64,000 bases of DNA, taken from NCBI GenBank assembly GCA_963819425.1, contig CAWFWK010000024.1:38875-102874 (forward strand), given 5' to 3'. Position numbers and translations under genes: made by a program. The stretch is from an uncultured Acidobacteriaceae bacterium (GTDB lineage Bacteria; Acidobacteriota; Terriglobia; Terriglobales; Acidobacteriaceae). Below are positions 1 to 10,132 of the stretch, piece by piece; position 1 is the first letter of the stretch, and every line of letters begins with the position of its first letter. A model generated the notes under the pieces. That model was not told the origin of the DNA. It did no database searches and saw nothing but the letters and a program-made list of their open reading frames with translations.

Positions 1-662
1 ATGCTGCCGGCAATCGCGGCATCTCCCTCAAGAAGGGGGATTACGTCATCGGTGCGGCCATCACTGACTCCGACGCCACGCGCGACAAGGAACGCGACGA
101 GTGTGCCGCAAAACTCAACCTCACCAAGAAGCTCACCGAACTGCGGACCGCTCTAGAGCAAGCCAAAGAGAAGCTTCAGAAGACCAGAGAAGAACTACGC
201 ACCGCGCCAAAAGAAACTGAGTCTTTGACCGCAGCGGTCAAGGCCGCTGAAAAGCGTCGCGACGACGCCGAGAAAGATTTGAAAGAGTTTGACGTGAAGC
301 TCTGCGTCAGCAAATCGCTCATCCTGACAGTTACTGAAAACGGATTCGGCAAACGTACCGACGTCGACGAATATCGTCTCACCGCCCGAGGCGCGCAAGG
401 TGTGAACAACCTGAAAGCCACACCCAAGGTAGGCAAGAGTGCGTCGATCCTGTTAGTCAACGAGACATCCGAGCTGGTCGTCATCAGCCAATGGGGCAAG
501 ATCATCCGTATCGACACCAAGACCGTCCGCGCTGCCGGCCGTGCTACCCAGGGCGTCCGCCTGCTCAACCTTGAAGAAGACGATAAGGTAGCCGCCGCCG
601 TCATCATCCCGCCCGACGAAGTAAACGGCAAGGAAGACGATCAGGGCACGTTGATCCAGTAA
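1..662 (+). CDS. gyrA: DNA gyrase subunit A, C-terminal part (5' end outside window)
   Basis: Frame 3 is open from the window start to TAA at 660-662. GyrA C-terminal beta-pinwheel blade motifs are present (GISLKKGDYVIGA, ILTVTENGFGKRT, ATQGVRLLNL), followed by an acidic tail. The track ORF 225..662 is the downstream part of this frame. Confidence 0.85.
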   Translation, partial: AAGNRGISLKKGDYVIGAAITDSDATRDKERDECAAKLNLTKKLTELRTALEQAKEKLQKTREELRTAPKETESLTAAVKAAEKRRDDAEKDLKEFDVKLCVSKSLILTVTENGFGKRTDVDEYRLTARGAQGVNNLKATPKVGKSASILLVNETSELVVISQWGKIIRIDTKTVRAAGRATQGVRLLNLEEDDKVAAAVIIPPDEVNGKEDDQGTLIQ

Positions 663-807
663 GTGGTCCACCAATGTTGCGACGACAAGAAGGGGTGCGA
701 AATACGCACCCCTTCTTCATTGTTGCGAAACCCGATTCAAATCACACACCAAAGATCCCGAACCGTCCGTCACACCTCACTGTTCATTCATCCAAATTGC
801 CTCGCGC

Positions 808-2172
808 ATGGTCGCGAGAACTTTTATAGTTGGCTTTCACCCAAGAGGAGTCAACTTGCACGCTCGAAAAGTTTCTCTCCATTCCACTCTCATTTTTCTT
901 TTTGCCGCATGCGTCTTCTCGCAAGACGCACCGATGTTCCGGAACGATCTTGCCCACTCTGGCGTGTATTCCGCCACGGGCGTCCCAAAGCTCAAAGGGG
1001 TCAAGTGGACCTTTCACACGCGAGGCGAAGTTGTCTCATCTCCTGCTATCGTCGACGGCGTCATCTACGTTGGCAGCAACGACGGTAACCTCTACGCCAT
1101 TGACCAGCAAACCGGCGCGAAGAAGTGGGCATTCACAACCGGGGCGCGCGTTGCTTCGTCGCCCGCCGTCGATCATGGCCTCGTCTACTTCGGGAGCTAT
1201 GACGGCAACTTTTACGCAGTAGACGCGGCAACAGGAAAGCTCCGCTGGAAATTCCGCAACGCTGGCGAGCGCCGTTATGCGGCAACCCATCTGCACGGAT
1301 CGTTGCCTGCGGGCGAAACCATGCCCGATCCATTCGACACTTACCTGTCCTCGCCCGCACTTTCAAATGGCGAGGTCTACTTCGGCAGCGGAGACGGCAA
1401 CATCTACGCTCTCGACGCTACAACCGGCGATCTCAAGTGGATATTTAAAACCGGCGATGTCGTCCATGCCTCGCCTGCGATCGTCGACGGCAAACTCTAC
1501 ATCGGAAGTTGGGACAGCTACTTCTACGCGCTCGATTCCACTACCGGAAAAGAGGTGTGGCGCTTCAAGACCGGCGAAGACCCCGACATTCACAACCAGG
1601 TCGGCATTCAGTCTTCTGCCACGGTTGCTGACGGCATCGTCTACTTCGGTTGCCGCGATTCAAACCTCTACGCCCTCGACGCGGCGACCGGCAAAAAGCT
1701 ATGGTCGTTCAACAACAAAGGATCGTGGGTCATCGTTTCACCGGTAGCGCACGCGGGCAAACTCTACTTCGCCACGTCCGATACGGCCCTCCTGCACGTC
1801 CTCGACGCAAAAACCGGAACGCCCATCGATTCGCTCAAGTTGTTCCACTGGCCTATCTTCTCTTCGCCATCCATCGCCGGGACCACACTCTACGTTGCCG
1901 GACAGGATGGCAAGCTCATCGCCGTCGATCTCACATCGTTCAAACCCGCGTGGACCTTCCAGCCGGAAGCGTCTCTACAGAATCTCGCCGCCCTCTCCAA
2001 GCCCGATGGCAGTCCCAATTACGAAGCGGTCTTTCAATCCAACTTTTACGACGACATGATTGCCGGCGTCACAAAGACCCACACGGTAGGCACATTCCTG
2101 TCCTCACCGGTGATTTCCGGGAGCGCAATCTACATAGGAAGCGCCGATGGCAACCTCTACGCCCTCGAATAG
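808..2172 (+). CDS. PQQ-like beta-propeller repeat protein (BamB-like fold), probably secreted
   Basis: Eight repeats of the pattern VYxGSxDGxLYALDxxTGxxxW run through the 454-aa ORF. The N-terminus has a hydrophobic signal-like segment (LIFLFAACVFSQ). The exact start codon is uncertain. Confidence 0.75.
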   Translation: MVARTFIVGFHPRGVNLHARKVSLHSTLIFLFAACVFSQDAPMFRNDLAHSGVYSATGVPKLKGVKWTFHTRGEVVSSPAIVDGVIYVGSNDGNLYAIDQQTGAKKWAFTTGARVASSPAVDHGLVYFGSYDGNFYAVDAATGKLRWKFRNAGERRYAATHLHGSLPAGETMPDPFDTYLSSPALSNGEVYFGSGDGNIYALDATTGDLKWIFKTGDVVHASPAIVDGKLYIGSWDSYFYALDSTTGKEVWRFKTGEDPDIHNQVGIQSSATVADGIVYFGCRDSNLYALDAATGKKLWSFNNKGSWVIVSPVAHAGKLYFATSDTALLHVLDAKTGTPIDSLKLFHWPIFSSPSIAGTTLYVAGQDGKLIAVDLTSFKPAWTFQPEASLQNLAALSKPDGSPNYEAVFQSNFYDDMIAGVTKTHTVGTFLSSPVISGSAIYIGSADGNLYALE

Positions 2173-2398
2173 GCGAAATTAGGATGCTTCACCGGCATAT
2201 CAACTCGACATCCCATTTGACTCACTTATGAACCCTCTCAAACCAATTTCCACGACGTACGGCTTCCACAGCGTTAATCTCGTTTCAACTTCAACGATGC
2301 ACAATCGAAGAACGTATTCACACGCACTCATTTCAGTCCATTGAATTGAACTCGTTCGCGCTGCCGGTTGAACACGCTCTTCACGAAAGGATCCCATC

Positions 2399-2947
2399 AT
2401 GGATCGAAGAGCCATCCTGAAATCCCTCGCCGCCACCACGGCCACCCTCCCTATCCTCACCATCACCGCGAAAGCCGACAATGGACATTGCAGCACGCCC
2501 TCGTGTGCAGCAGATTCCAGCGCCGTTCGCCAGTTCCTCTCGGATTTCATCGCAAAGGAAGAGTCCACTCTCGACCACGCCGCCCTTATCATGCTCATGC
2601 AGCAGCGCGGTCAGGCCTGCTGCCGTGCCCTCACTTTTCGGCAGGACTTGATTGCGAACAGTCACGGCGACGTCGACAAACTCGTCGAGTTGATGGGAAA
2701 GATCGTTGGCCCCGCAAACTGCACCCGCACCGGCAACCAGATTGCGCTTGTGTATCCAGTCAGCAAATGCGTCTGTGGCTGGAGCCCCCAGCGTCCACCC
2801 ACCCCCAACGATCCCTACTGTGAATGTTCAGCAGCCAACAACCAGGCGCTGTTCGAGTCGGTGTCAGGAAAAGCCGTCACCGTCAAAGTGCTCGAATCTC
2901 CACGTCGCGGCGGGCAGGTCTGCAGATTTCAAATCCAGCTCGCATAA
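2399..2947 (+). CDS. Hypothetical Tat-signal, cysteine-rich protein
   Basis: The N-terminus MDRRAILKSLAATTATLPILT resembles a twin-arginine signal. There are about 12 Cys in short clusters (CSTPSC, CC, CVCGW, CECS). I recognise no family. Confidence 0.5.
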   Translation: MDRRAILKSLAATTATLPILTITAKADNGHCSTPSCAADSSAVRQFLSDFIAKEESTLDHAALIMLMQQRGQACCRALTFRQDLIANSHGDVDKLVELMGKIVGPANCTRTGNQIALVYPVSKCVCGWSPQRPPTPNDPYCECSAANNQALFESVSGKAVTVKVLESPRRGGQVCRFQIQLA

Positions 2948-3395
2948 CGAGCGGTCGGCTCTCTTCATTCACTCAAAGCTTCCCCATTTTCTCCTCGAGA
3001 TCCGCCACATAGCTCACCCGTGCATCCGGCTCCGCCGCGGCGCCAATAACCACAATGAAATCAACATAACGAGATCGCCAAACCACTGCTAGTGCCCAAA
3101 AAGCACGATCGAGACAGCGCTAACACCATCACACCCGCATCTGAAACATCATAGTGGCGTAATTACGCCCCCCGTCGTCCGCTTATCCATGTAAGCTTCT
3201 ACCATGAAGGGACAATCCTTGAGCGGTGGAACCCCCAAATCCCGCCCCTGCAATGGCACAGTCGCCAGTAGTTTGACGATTGTCCATTTCGGCCTGCAAT
3301 CTCCTGCCAAACCCGCACCAAACTGCGCTAATTATCAGACAAATCTGAACCACCCTCAGTACTCCAAATGCACTCCGCTGCGTCTTACACTAAGC

Positions 3396-4682
3396 ATGCT
3401 CTGGTTTCTCCGCGTACCCCCGATGGTCCGCGCCGCTCTCATCGTTCTTTCGCTGGCCACGCTCGTCGCAACATCCGCCGGCGCGGCACGCATCAATTCC
3501 GTGCAAACGCCCGCGCACGCCACCATCACCAAGTCGACGGTGAATCGTGCGCATTCGCCTTCGCGCTCCGCATCACGGTCTCCGCGAACGGCAAAACGCA
3601 AGTCCGGCACTGCGACAGCAACGCGGAGTTCGCGCACAGCCGCGCGCCGCGGCAAGCTATCTGTATCGTCCTCCAGCCATCGCACCACATCCTCCGCGAG
3701 CCGTTCGGCCACCCTGCGACGCAGCCGTTATAACGGGTACCACTCCAAACGACACTTCGTAGCGCTCGCCGCCGTTCCCGTCCCTGCCTCAAGACCTGAA
3801 TCGAAATCTGGAACGCTTTCAGCCACCAATTTGCGTTCCCCATCAAAGCCCGCTCCGGATGCGGCAGAACTCTCGGCAGCTGACCGGGAGAATCCGCGCG
3901 AAGCTGACACTCTGCCGTCCCCCGGCACTGATCGCGCGGCCATAGCCACCGCCGACAACCCGCTTGCCGCCCCCCACGCAACACAAATCATTGCGCCCGC
4001 CAACGGCGAGATCGCTGAACTCAACCGTCCGCCCATTTTTACCGGCCCTGTTTCCCGCTACACCCTTCGCGGAACCCACGATTCCCTCGTCCGACAAAAC
4101 GCCCGAGCTGAACAGGACTCCCTCGAACGCATTGAAGACGACTCCGACCTGCAGGACCGCATCGCGCGCGGCTTGCTTGTTCGTGTTCCCGAGTCGGGCG
4201 GGCTGATCGTGAATCCTGGTCTGCCCGAAGATCGTCGTTACTGCCGTCCCTGGACCGCCGGCTTCCTCGCCGACCTCGGTCGCGGCTATGAGGCCAAGTT
4301 CCACAAGCCGCTCATTGTCAGCTCCGCCGTGCGCACCGTCGAATATCAGAAGCGCCTCATGCGCACCAATCACAACGCCGCTGAGGCAGAAGGCGACATC
4401 GTCAGTCCGCACCTCACCGGCGCCACCATCGACATCGCCAAATCCGGGCTTTCAAAGAAGGAAATGCTCTGGATGCGCAATCAACTTCTCAACTATCAGA
4501 ACGCCGGCGTCCTTGACGTCGAAGAAGAATTCCGCCAGCGCTGCTTCCACATCACCGTTTACAAGAACTACGCTGCAGGAGAGCAATCCCATCGGCCCTC
4601 GAAAGTAGCAACGGCGCCCTCAACCCCGGTCGATGATCCAATCAGCGCCAATCCCACCGCCGAAATCTCCCCGAACCAATAA
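3396..4682 (+). CDS. Secreted LAS/M15 (VanY-like, DUF5715-like) peptidase-fold protein
   Basis: The C-terminal domain carries the SxHxxGxAxD motif (SPHLTGATIDI) and a late His (FHITVY), as in LAS-type zinc peptidases. I moved the start to ATG 3396 (MLWFLRVPPMVRAALIVLSLATLVA, signal-like). The alternative start is 3423. The track ORF starts at 3204. A long Ser/Arg/Thr-rich linker follows. Confidence 0.55.
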   Translation: MLWFLRVPPMVRAALIVLSLATLVATSAGAARINSVQTPAHATITKSTVNRAHSPSRSASRSPRTAKRKSGTATATRSSRTAARRGKLSVSSSSHRTTSSASRSATLRRSRYNGYHSKRHFVALAAVPVPASRPESKSGTLSATNLRSPSKPAPDAAELSAADRENPREADTLPSPGTDRAAIATADNPLAAPHATQIIAPANGEIAELNRPPIFTGPVSRYTLRGTHDSLVRQNARAEQDSLERIEDDSDLQDRIARGLLVRVPESGGLIVNPGLPEDRRYCRPWTAGFLADLGRGYEAKFHKPLIVSSAVRTVEYQKRLMRTNHNAAEAEGDIVSPHLTGATIDIAKSGLSKKEMLWMRNQLLNYQNAGVLDVEEEFRQRCFHITVYKNYAAGEQSHRPSKVATAPSTPVDDPISANPTAEISPNQ

Positions 4683-4887
4683 CCACCGCCTCCCGGATCC
4701 TTTCCGCAAATACGTTCCTAATCTGCACCAGACGCGCTACAATCTCGTGCGAGCGCACTTCTTCTGGACGTTAGGTTTTGGACCCCGTCTTCGTGGGGAA
4801 TGTGAAGCTCATCGGCTGGGGTCTCCTCCTCACTCCGCCACAATACCGGAAACCGGAAGTTCAACAGATTTCTTTGAGAGGCGAATC

Positions 4888-5646
4888 ATGAGCGATCAGG
4901 TAGTGCAACCTGCGGCCGAAGCCACTCCCGGCCTCACGCAGTGGGAGCGCATCGTTGATACCTTCACTGCACCATCCAAGACCTTCACCGACATCAAACT
5001 CGGCCACAAGAGCTGGTGGTTGCCGTTTGTCATTTATGTTGTTCTCGGCTTCGCGTTCTATGCCGCGGTCAATTCCAAAATCGGCATGCGTCAGGTCGTC
5101 GATAACCAAATTCGCCTTAGTCCAAAAAGCGAAGAACGGATGTCGGCACTGACACCCGAGCAACGCGAATCGCAGATGAAGATCTCAACCACCATCACCC
5201 AGGTCGTCTTCATTGCAACGCCAGTCTTTCTCCTGGCCACCGGTGCAATCATCTCGCTTGTGCTTTGGGGAACCATCAACTTTGGTTTCGGCGGCCGGGC
5301 AAAATTCGGAAGCATCTTCTCCGTCTGGATGTACGCTATGCTGCCCTCGATCTTTAAAACCATCCTGGGGATTGTGGTGATCTATGTGGGGATCGCGCCG
5401 GAGACCTTCAACATAAAGAACTTCGCCCCCACCAACCTCGGAGCATTTCTGCCCACCGATATCAATCCAGCACTCTACAGCCTGGCAACCTCAATCGATA
5501 TCATCACCATCTGGTGCCTTGCACTGGTCGGTATCGGGACAGCGATCGTTGCAGGGGTCAAGCGCTCTTCAGGGTACATCTCCTCATTCGGCTGGTGGGC
5601 GATTGTAGTCCTGGTTGGCGCCGGATGGGCCGCCTTCATGGGCTAG
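4888..5646 (+). CDS. Yip1-family integral membrane protein
   Basis: ATG 4888 is preceded by GAGAGG. There are five predicted hydrophobic helices. The N-terminal segment TQWERIVDTFTAPSKTFTDIK is typical of Yip1/DUF1282-like proteins. The track ORF 4633..5646 has an implausible upstream extension. Confidence 0.6.
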   Translation: MSDQVVQPAAEATPGLTQWERIVDTFTAPSKTFTDIKLGHKSWWLPFVIYVVLGFAFYAAVNSKIGMRQVVDNQIRLSPKSEERMSALTPEQRESQMKISTTITQVVFIATPVFLLATGAIISLVLWGTINFGFGGRAKFGSIFSVWMYAMLPSIFKTILGIVVIYVGIAPETFNIKNFAPTNLGAFLPTDINPALYSLATSIDIITIWCLALVGIGTAIVAGVKRSSGYISSFGWWAIVVLVGAGWAAFMG

Positions 5647-7007
5647 TGCTGCTCTTTGCGCCGATTACTTATTCGCATAACCACAAAAATGAAACGGCGC
5701 ACATCGCAAGATGTGCGCCGTCGTTTGTTGTGACTAAGCTGAAAGCTAATGGCTGACGTTACTCCATCCACCGTCCTCATAATCAGCGTCGCATTAATCC
5801 CGCCGAACCCGAATGAGTTCGATAACGCAACGTCGAAGTCATGCTTGACGGCTTTGTTGGGCACGTAATCCAGCCGGCACTCGGGATCCACATTGTCCAG
5901 GTTTATAGTCGGTGGCAGTACCTGGTTGATCAGCGACAGCACCGTGATGCCCGCTTCCAGTCCTCCCGCGCCGCCTAGCAAATGCCCTGTCATTGACTTA
6001 GTTCCGCTGATCTTCAGCTTGCCGCTCAACGCCTGCTCGCCAAACACAAGCTCGATAGCGCGCGATTCATTGCCATCGCCGGCAGGAGTCGACGTCGCAT
6101 GCGCATTCACATAGCCCACATCTTCCGGCTTGATCCCTGCATCTTTCAGCGCCGCACGCATGCTGCGTTGCGCACCTGCGCCTTCCGGAGCAATGCCAGT
6201 CATGTGGTAGGCGTCCGCGCTCATCCCGTAACCAATTACTTCGCCCAGGATCTTCGCGCCGCGCTTCTTCGCAAATTCGAGCTCTTCCAGAATCAGAATG
6301 CCCGCGCCTTCGCCGATCACAAATCCGTCGCGATCCTTGTCGAATGGCCGGCTCGCCTTGGTAGGCTCGTCGTTGCGTGTCGAGAGCGCCCGCATCGAAG
6401 CAAACCCGCCCACGGACAGTGGAGTGACCGATGCTTCCGCGCCGCCTGCAATCATCGCGTCGGCATCGCCGTGCAGAATCATCCGCACCGAGTCGCCAAT
6501 TGAATTGGCACTCGTCGCGCACGCTGTGGCAGTCGCAGAAATCGGCCCCTGCGCCCCATAGCGAATGCTGATCTGCCCAGCCGCCATGTTCACGATCACC
6601 GCAGGAATAAAGAACGGCGAAATCTTGCGCGGGCCGCCGTTCAGCAGGTTGGTGTGCTCGCGCTCGATGATCTCGAATCCACCGATTCCCGAGCCGATAA
6701 ACACGCCCACACGTTCGGCGATCTCCGGCGTGATCTTCAGGCCAGACTGCTCCATCGCCTCTTGCACAGCCGCAAAGGCAAAATGGATGAATCGCCCCAT
6801 CTTCCGCGATTCCTTCTTGTCCACAAAATTCAACGGGTCAAAGTTCTTGACCTCGGCGGCAAATGTGACAGGAAACCCGGTTGTGTCGAACTCTGTTATC
6901 GGAGCCATACCACTGGCGCCCGCTACCAGTTTCTCCCACACCTCGGGAGCGGTGTTGCCTACACCGCACACCAGCCCAAGGCCGGTGATCACAACTCGTC
7001 GGTTCAC
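5643..7007 (-). CDS. fabF: Beta-ketoacyl-ACP synthase II
   Basis: Full-length KAS II similarity from MNRRVVITGLGLV through the ATSTPAGD region and the conserved C-terminal end NSFGFGGINATLIMR. It sits immediately downstream of acpP. The last ~43 codons are a non-conserved tail that runs through the terminator hairpin (see findings). Confidence 0.9.
   Translation of the reverse strand: MNRRVVITGLGLVCGVGNTAPEVWEKLVAGASGMAPITEFDTTGFPVTFAAEVKNFDPLNFVDKKESRKMGRFIHFAFAAVQEAMEQSGLKITPEIAERVGVFIGSGIGGFEIIEREHTNLLNGGPRKISPFFIPAVIVNMAAGQISIRYGAQGPISATATACATSANSIGDSVRMILHGDADAMIAGGAEASVTPLSVGGFASMRALSTRNDEPTKASRPFDKDRDGFVIGEGAGILILEELEFAKKRGAKILGEVIGYGMSADAYHMTGIAPEGAGAQRSMRAALKDAGIKPEDVGYVNAHATSTPAGDGNESRAIELVFGEQALSGKLKISGTKSMTGHLLGGAGGLEAGITVLSLINQVLPPTINLDNVDPECRLDYVPNKAVKHDFDVALSNSFGFGGINATLIMRTVDGVTSAISFQLSHNKRRRTSCDVRRFIFVVMRISNRRKEQH
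5680..5730. terminator. Bidirectional intrinsic terminator between convergent genes
   Basis: Perfect 12-bp stem ACGGCGCACATC / GATGTGCGCCGT (5694-5705 / 5710-5721) with a GCAA loop. The tail is T-rich on both strands (TCGTTTGTTG on +, TTTCATTTTTGTGG on -). Confidence 0.6.
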
Positions 7008-7010
7008 CGG

Positions 7011-7259
7011 CTATTTGCCTTTCGCGGTCTTTTCGTTCTTCTCGATGTAATCAATCGCGTCCTTGACGGTCTTGATCTTCTCAGCGTCTTCGTCGGGAAT
7101 CTCCAGGTCGAATGCCTCTTCGAACTGCATCACAAGCTCCACCACGTCCAGCGAATCCGCGCCCAGATCCTCCTGGAAGCTCGCGCCCGGGGTCACTTCG
7201 GCCTCGTCAACCTGCAACTGCTCGACGATGATCTGCTTTACCTTTTCTTCTACCGCCAT
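7011..7259 (-). CDS. acpP: Acyl carrier protein
   Basis: 82-aa ORF with the phosphopantetheine attachment motif [13 protein letters not shown]. Classic acpP-fabF order. Confidence 0.95.
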   Translation of the reverse strand: MAVEEKVKQIIVEQLQVDEAEVTPGASFQEDLGADSLDVVELVMQFEEAFDLEIPDEDAEKIKTVKDAIDYIEKNEKTAKGK

Positions 7260-7583
7260 GCCTGATTCTCCTCAATTCTTTTTTACAAATCCAAACTTAT
7301 CCGGGGATTGAACGGTTTCCATTCCGCCTGCCTACAATAACGGCACACGGCACACCAATACAATCGCCGCGCCAACCAAATAATCGCCCGGCCCCGAAAC
7401 TCCAAGTCTACCGGGAGGCTCTGGAGTGTGTAAAGCAACCGCGAGTGGAAATAAATCAATTACCTGCCTTCAACTTGCGGCCCCTTTAATCTTCCGGAAC
7501 CATCCCGGAAAATTCGCCAATTTGGGACCGGAAATGCACATCTAAAAGGCGTACATTAGGCGAAGAGATCTTCGGAGGCTCCC

Positions 7584-9083
7584 ATGCAAGCTCTTCTCGC
7601 CGTTGTTGCCGTTCTCGCAGGAATCTTGCTGGGCTTCTGGATCCGTTCCATCTCCGCAAAGCGCGAATTGGCCATCTTGGATCAGCGAAATCGCGAGTCG
7701 TTCGAAGCTCTTGCAGCTCTGCAAAAACAGTTGGCGCAATCCCAATCGGAATCCGGTTCCCGCGCCGGCTACGAGTCCCTTGCCGCCGAACGCGCCGCTG
7801 CCATCGCGCAGTTGAGTAACGAAATCGTAGGCCTGCGCGCCGATCTCGCCTCAAAAGCGACCAACGAGTCTGCCTTGAACGCCCGCATCGGTCAGCTTGA
7901 AGCGGACCTCAGCAACGAGCGCAAAAGCCTGACCGAAAAAGTCGAACTCCTCGAGAATGCGAAGAAGACACTCGCCGATCAGTTCCAGGCGCTGGCGTCA
8001 GACATCCTCGAACAGAAATCCAAAACCTTTTCTGAAGGCAGCCAGAAAGAACTCGGCACCCTCCTCACGCCCCTTCGGGAGCAGATCAAGGATTTCCGCG
8101 AGAAAGTCGAACGCGTCCAGACAGAGTCCACCACCGGTGTTACGGAACTCAAGACCCTCATCGGCGCGCTTGGAACGCTCAATGAACAGCTCACCGAAGA
8201 AGCCCGCAACCTCAGCACAGCACTACGCGGATCCGCCAAAACACAGGGCGACTGGGGCGAGTTCATTCTCCGCGACCTGCTCGACAAGGCCGGGCTGCGC
8301 GAAGGCGAGCAGTACGTCTTCCAGCAATCTTTCTCCGGAATCGAAACTGAGAACAGCGAACGAACTCGCTCCGTCCGCACCGACGTGCTGCTCTTCCTTC
8401 CCGGTGGCCGCAACCTGGTCATCGACTCGAAAGTTTCACTCACTGCCTACACTGACTGCGTCAACGCCACCGATGAAGACGCTCGCAAGGCTGCGCTCAA
8501 ATCGCATCTGGCCAGCATGCGGGGCCACATCACCGGCCTCGCCAAAGCCGGCTACCACAAGCTTCCCGAAATCGAAGCTCCCGACTTCGTCGTGATGTTC
8601 GTCCCGGTTGAGCCCGCGTTCCTCATGGCCCTGCAATGCGATAGCGAACTCTGGGCCGACGCCTACAAGCAGGGAATTCTCCTCGTCGGCCCCACCACGC
8701 TTCTTTATGTAATTCGCATCATCAACGTTCTCTGGCAACAGGAACGCCAGGCCCGCAACGTAAGCGAAGTCATGAAACGTGGCACCGAACTCTACGAGAA
8801 GTTTGCAGGATTTGTTACAGACATGGATCTCATAGGCGACAGTCTCCGCAAAACCGACAGGCACTACGAAGAGGCGATGAAGAAGTTGTCTGAAGGCCGT
8901 GGCAATCTTGTCCGTCAGGTTCAGATGCTCAAAGAATTGGGAATTCGCACCAACAAATCAATTCCCAAACACCTGCTCGATCGCGCGGACGTCGATCAAA
9001 CCGAACTCGCCCTCGCCGCCGAAGCTGAGGAGAACAGCCCACTGGAAACCAATCCACTGGCTGACCCACAAAGAAGAAATTGA
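7584..9083 (+). CDS. rmuC: DNA recombination protein RmuC
   Basis: N-terminal TM helix, a long coiled-coil, then the conserved RmuC nuclease-like C-terminal region (FVVMFVPVEPAF, LLVGPTTLL). Confidence 0.85.
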   Translation: MQALLAVVAVLAGILLGFWIRSISAKRELAILDQRNRESFEALAALQKQLAQSQSESGSRAGYESLAAERAAAIAQLSNEIVGLRADLASKATNESALNARIGQLEADLSNERKSLTEKVELLENAKKTLADQFQALASDILEQKSKTFSEGSQKELGTLLTPLREQIKDFREKVERVQTESTTGVTELKTLIGALGTLNEQLTEEARNLSTALRGSAKTQGDWGEFILRDLLDKAGLREGEQYVFQQSFSGIETENSERTRSVRTDVLLFLPGGRNLVIDSKVSLTAYTDCVNATDEDARKAALKSHLASMRGHITGLAKAGYHKLPEIEAPDFVVMFVPVEPAFLMALQCDSELWADAYKQGILLVGPTTLLYVIRIINVLWQQERQARNVSEVMKRGTELYEKFAGFVTDMDLIGDSLRKTDRHYEEAMKKLSEGRGNLVRQVQMLKELGIRTNKSIPKHLLDRADVDQTELALAAEAEENSPLETNPLADPQRRN

Positions 9084-9274
9084 ACGCTTGGGGCATCAAA
9101 CTCGATCTTCAACACTTCATCCGGATCAGAAAAGTCTCAGAACGAGTGCATTTGACTCCCGACGAAGCCGAGCTAACCCCAATTTCCTCGTTACTTTAGT
9201 CCCGAAATTTGCCCATTACCTCACGCAAGACACCCCCTTGCTTCGCTTAGATTAGGAATAGGGGACGTGTATTC

Positions 9275-10036
9275 ATGGGCCATACTGCCACACTCATCGG
9301 TGCGGTCGCGCTTGTCACTGGCCTGGTCTGTCTCCTTTGCGGCTATCTCTGGGGCCGCTCCAACGTGAAATCGCAAGTCGAAGACGCGGTCGATCTGGTG
9401 CGCAGGTCCGCCGACGCACGCGAATTCGACCTGCGTGAACAACTTGACCAAAAAATGCTGGAGATTTCCAGGATGCAGGAGACTTCCCAATCACGCGCCC
9501 GAACCGAAGGACGCCCTCGATCACAGAAGCAACCTGAGCAGGGGGAATTGGAGCAGATCAACGCCTCCGCCGCCAGTGGTGCCGCTGCTGGCGAATCGGG
9601 CAGAACAAAAAAGCACTCTGCCGCAAAGCAGGAACCTGCTCCGGTCGTCGACGCAACGGAAACGACTATCCAGAATCTTTTGAAATCGATGGAGGAGAAG
9701 CTCAAACAGCCCGAAGAGACGTCCCCAGCAGTTGCCCAGGAAATTCCGAAGCCGCCACCCCCAAAGCTCCCAGCCGCACCACCTCCCGCTGTTATTCAGC
9801 AGAGCCCGAGGCCGGCTGCGCCACAATCTTCATACGATCCGTCTCGAGCCGTTACTCAGAAGATCGCCACGCCCGCTCCGCCAAAGTTACCCGCAACGCA
9901 GCCCGCAGTCGCAACTCAGGCAAGCACCCGGCCGTCGCCCGCAAAACCACCCGCGACTAATCAGCGCCCAGCCGCAAAAGACGAATGGCAGGAGTTTGCT
10001 GCATCCCTCGAAGCCCTGAAACGCCAATCGAAGTAA
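9275..10036 (+). CDS. Hypothetical membrane-anchored coiled-coil / proline-rich protein
   Basis: N-terminal TM helix (LIGAVALVTGLVCLLCGYLWG), a charged coiled-coil segment, then PPPKLP-type repeats. RBS-like AGGGGA sits upstream. No recognisable domain. Confidence 0.5.
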   Translation: MGHTATLIGAVALVTGLVCLLCGYLWGRSNVKSQVEDAVDLVRRSADAREFDLREQLDQKMLEISRMQETSQSRARTEGRPRSQKQPEQGELEQINASAASGAAAGESGRTKKHSAAKQEPAPVVDATETTIQNLLKSMEEKLKQPEETSPAVAQEIPKPPPPKLPAAPPPAVIQQSPRPAAPQSSYDPSRAVTQKIATPAPPKLPATQPAVATQASTRPSPAKPPATNQRPAAKDEWQEFAASLEALKRQSK

Positions 10037-10070
10037 CACACATCTGCCCGTTTTAAGAAAAGAAGTGCAT

Positions 10071-10102
10071 CAAAAAAATGTGCAACCGCAAAAGTTGCAC
10101 AT
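10071..10102 (-). terminator. Hairpin with T-tract on the minus strand
   Basis: Perfect 9-bp stem ATGTGCAAC / GTTGCACAT (10078-10086 / 10094-10102). The A7 run at 10071-10077 reads as a T-tract after the hairpin on the minus strand. It lies downstream of the HIT gene. Confidence 0.4.
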
Positions 10103-10132
10103 CCTTGAATCTCTCGTGCCTTCACGAGCCTC

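Noticed and set aside
3156-3169. The 14-nt perfect palindrome GGCGTAATTACGCC upstream of the LAS-peptidase gene.
   Set aside because: It is short, isolated and ~230 bp from the start codon. It is not interpretable without comparative data.
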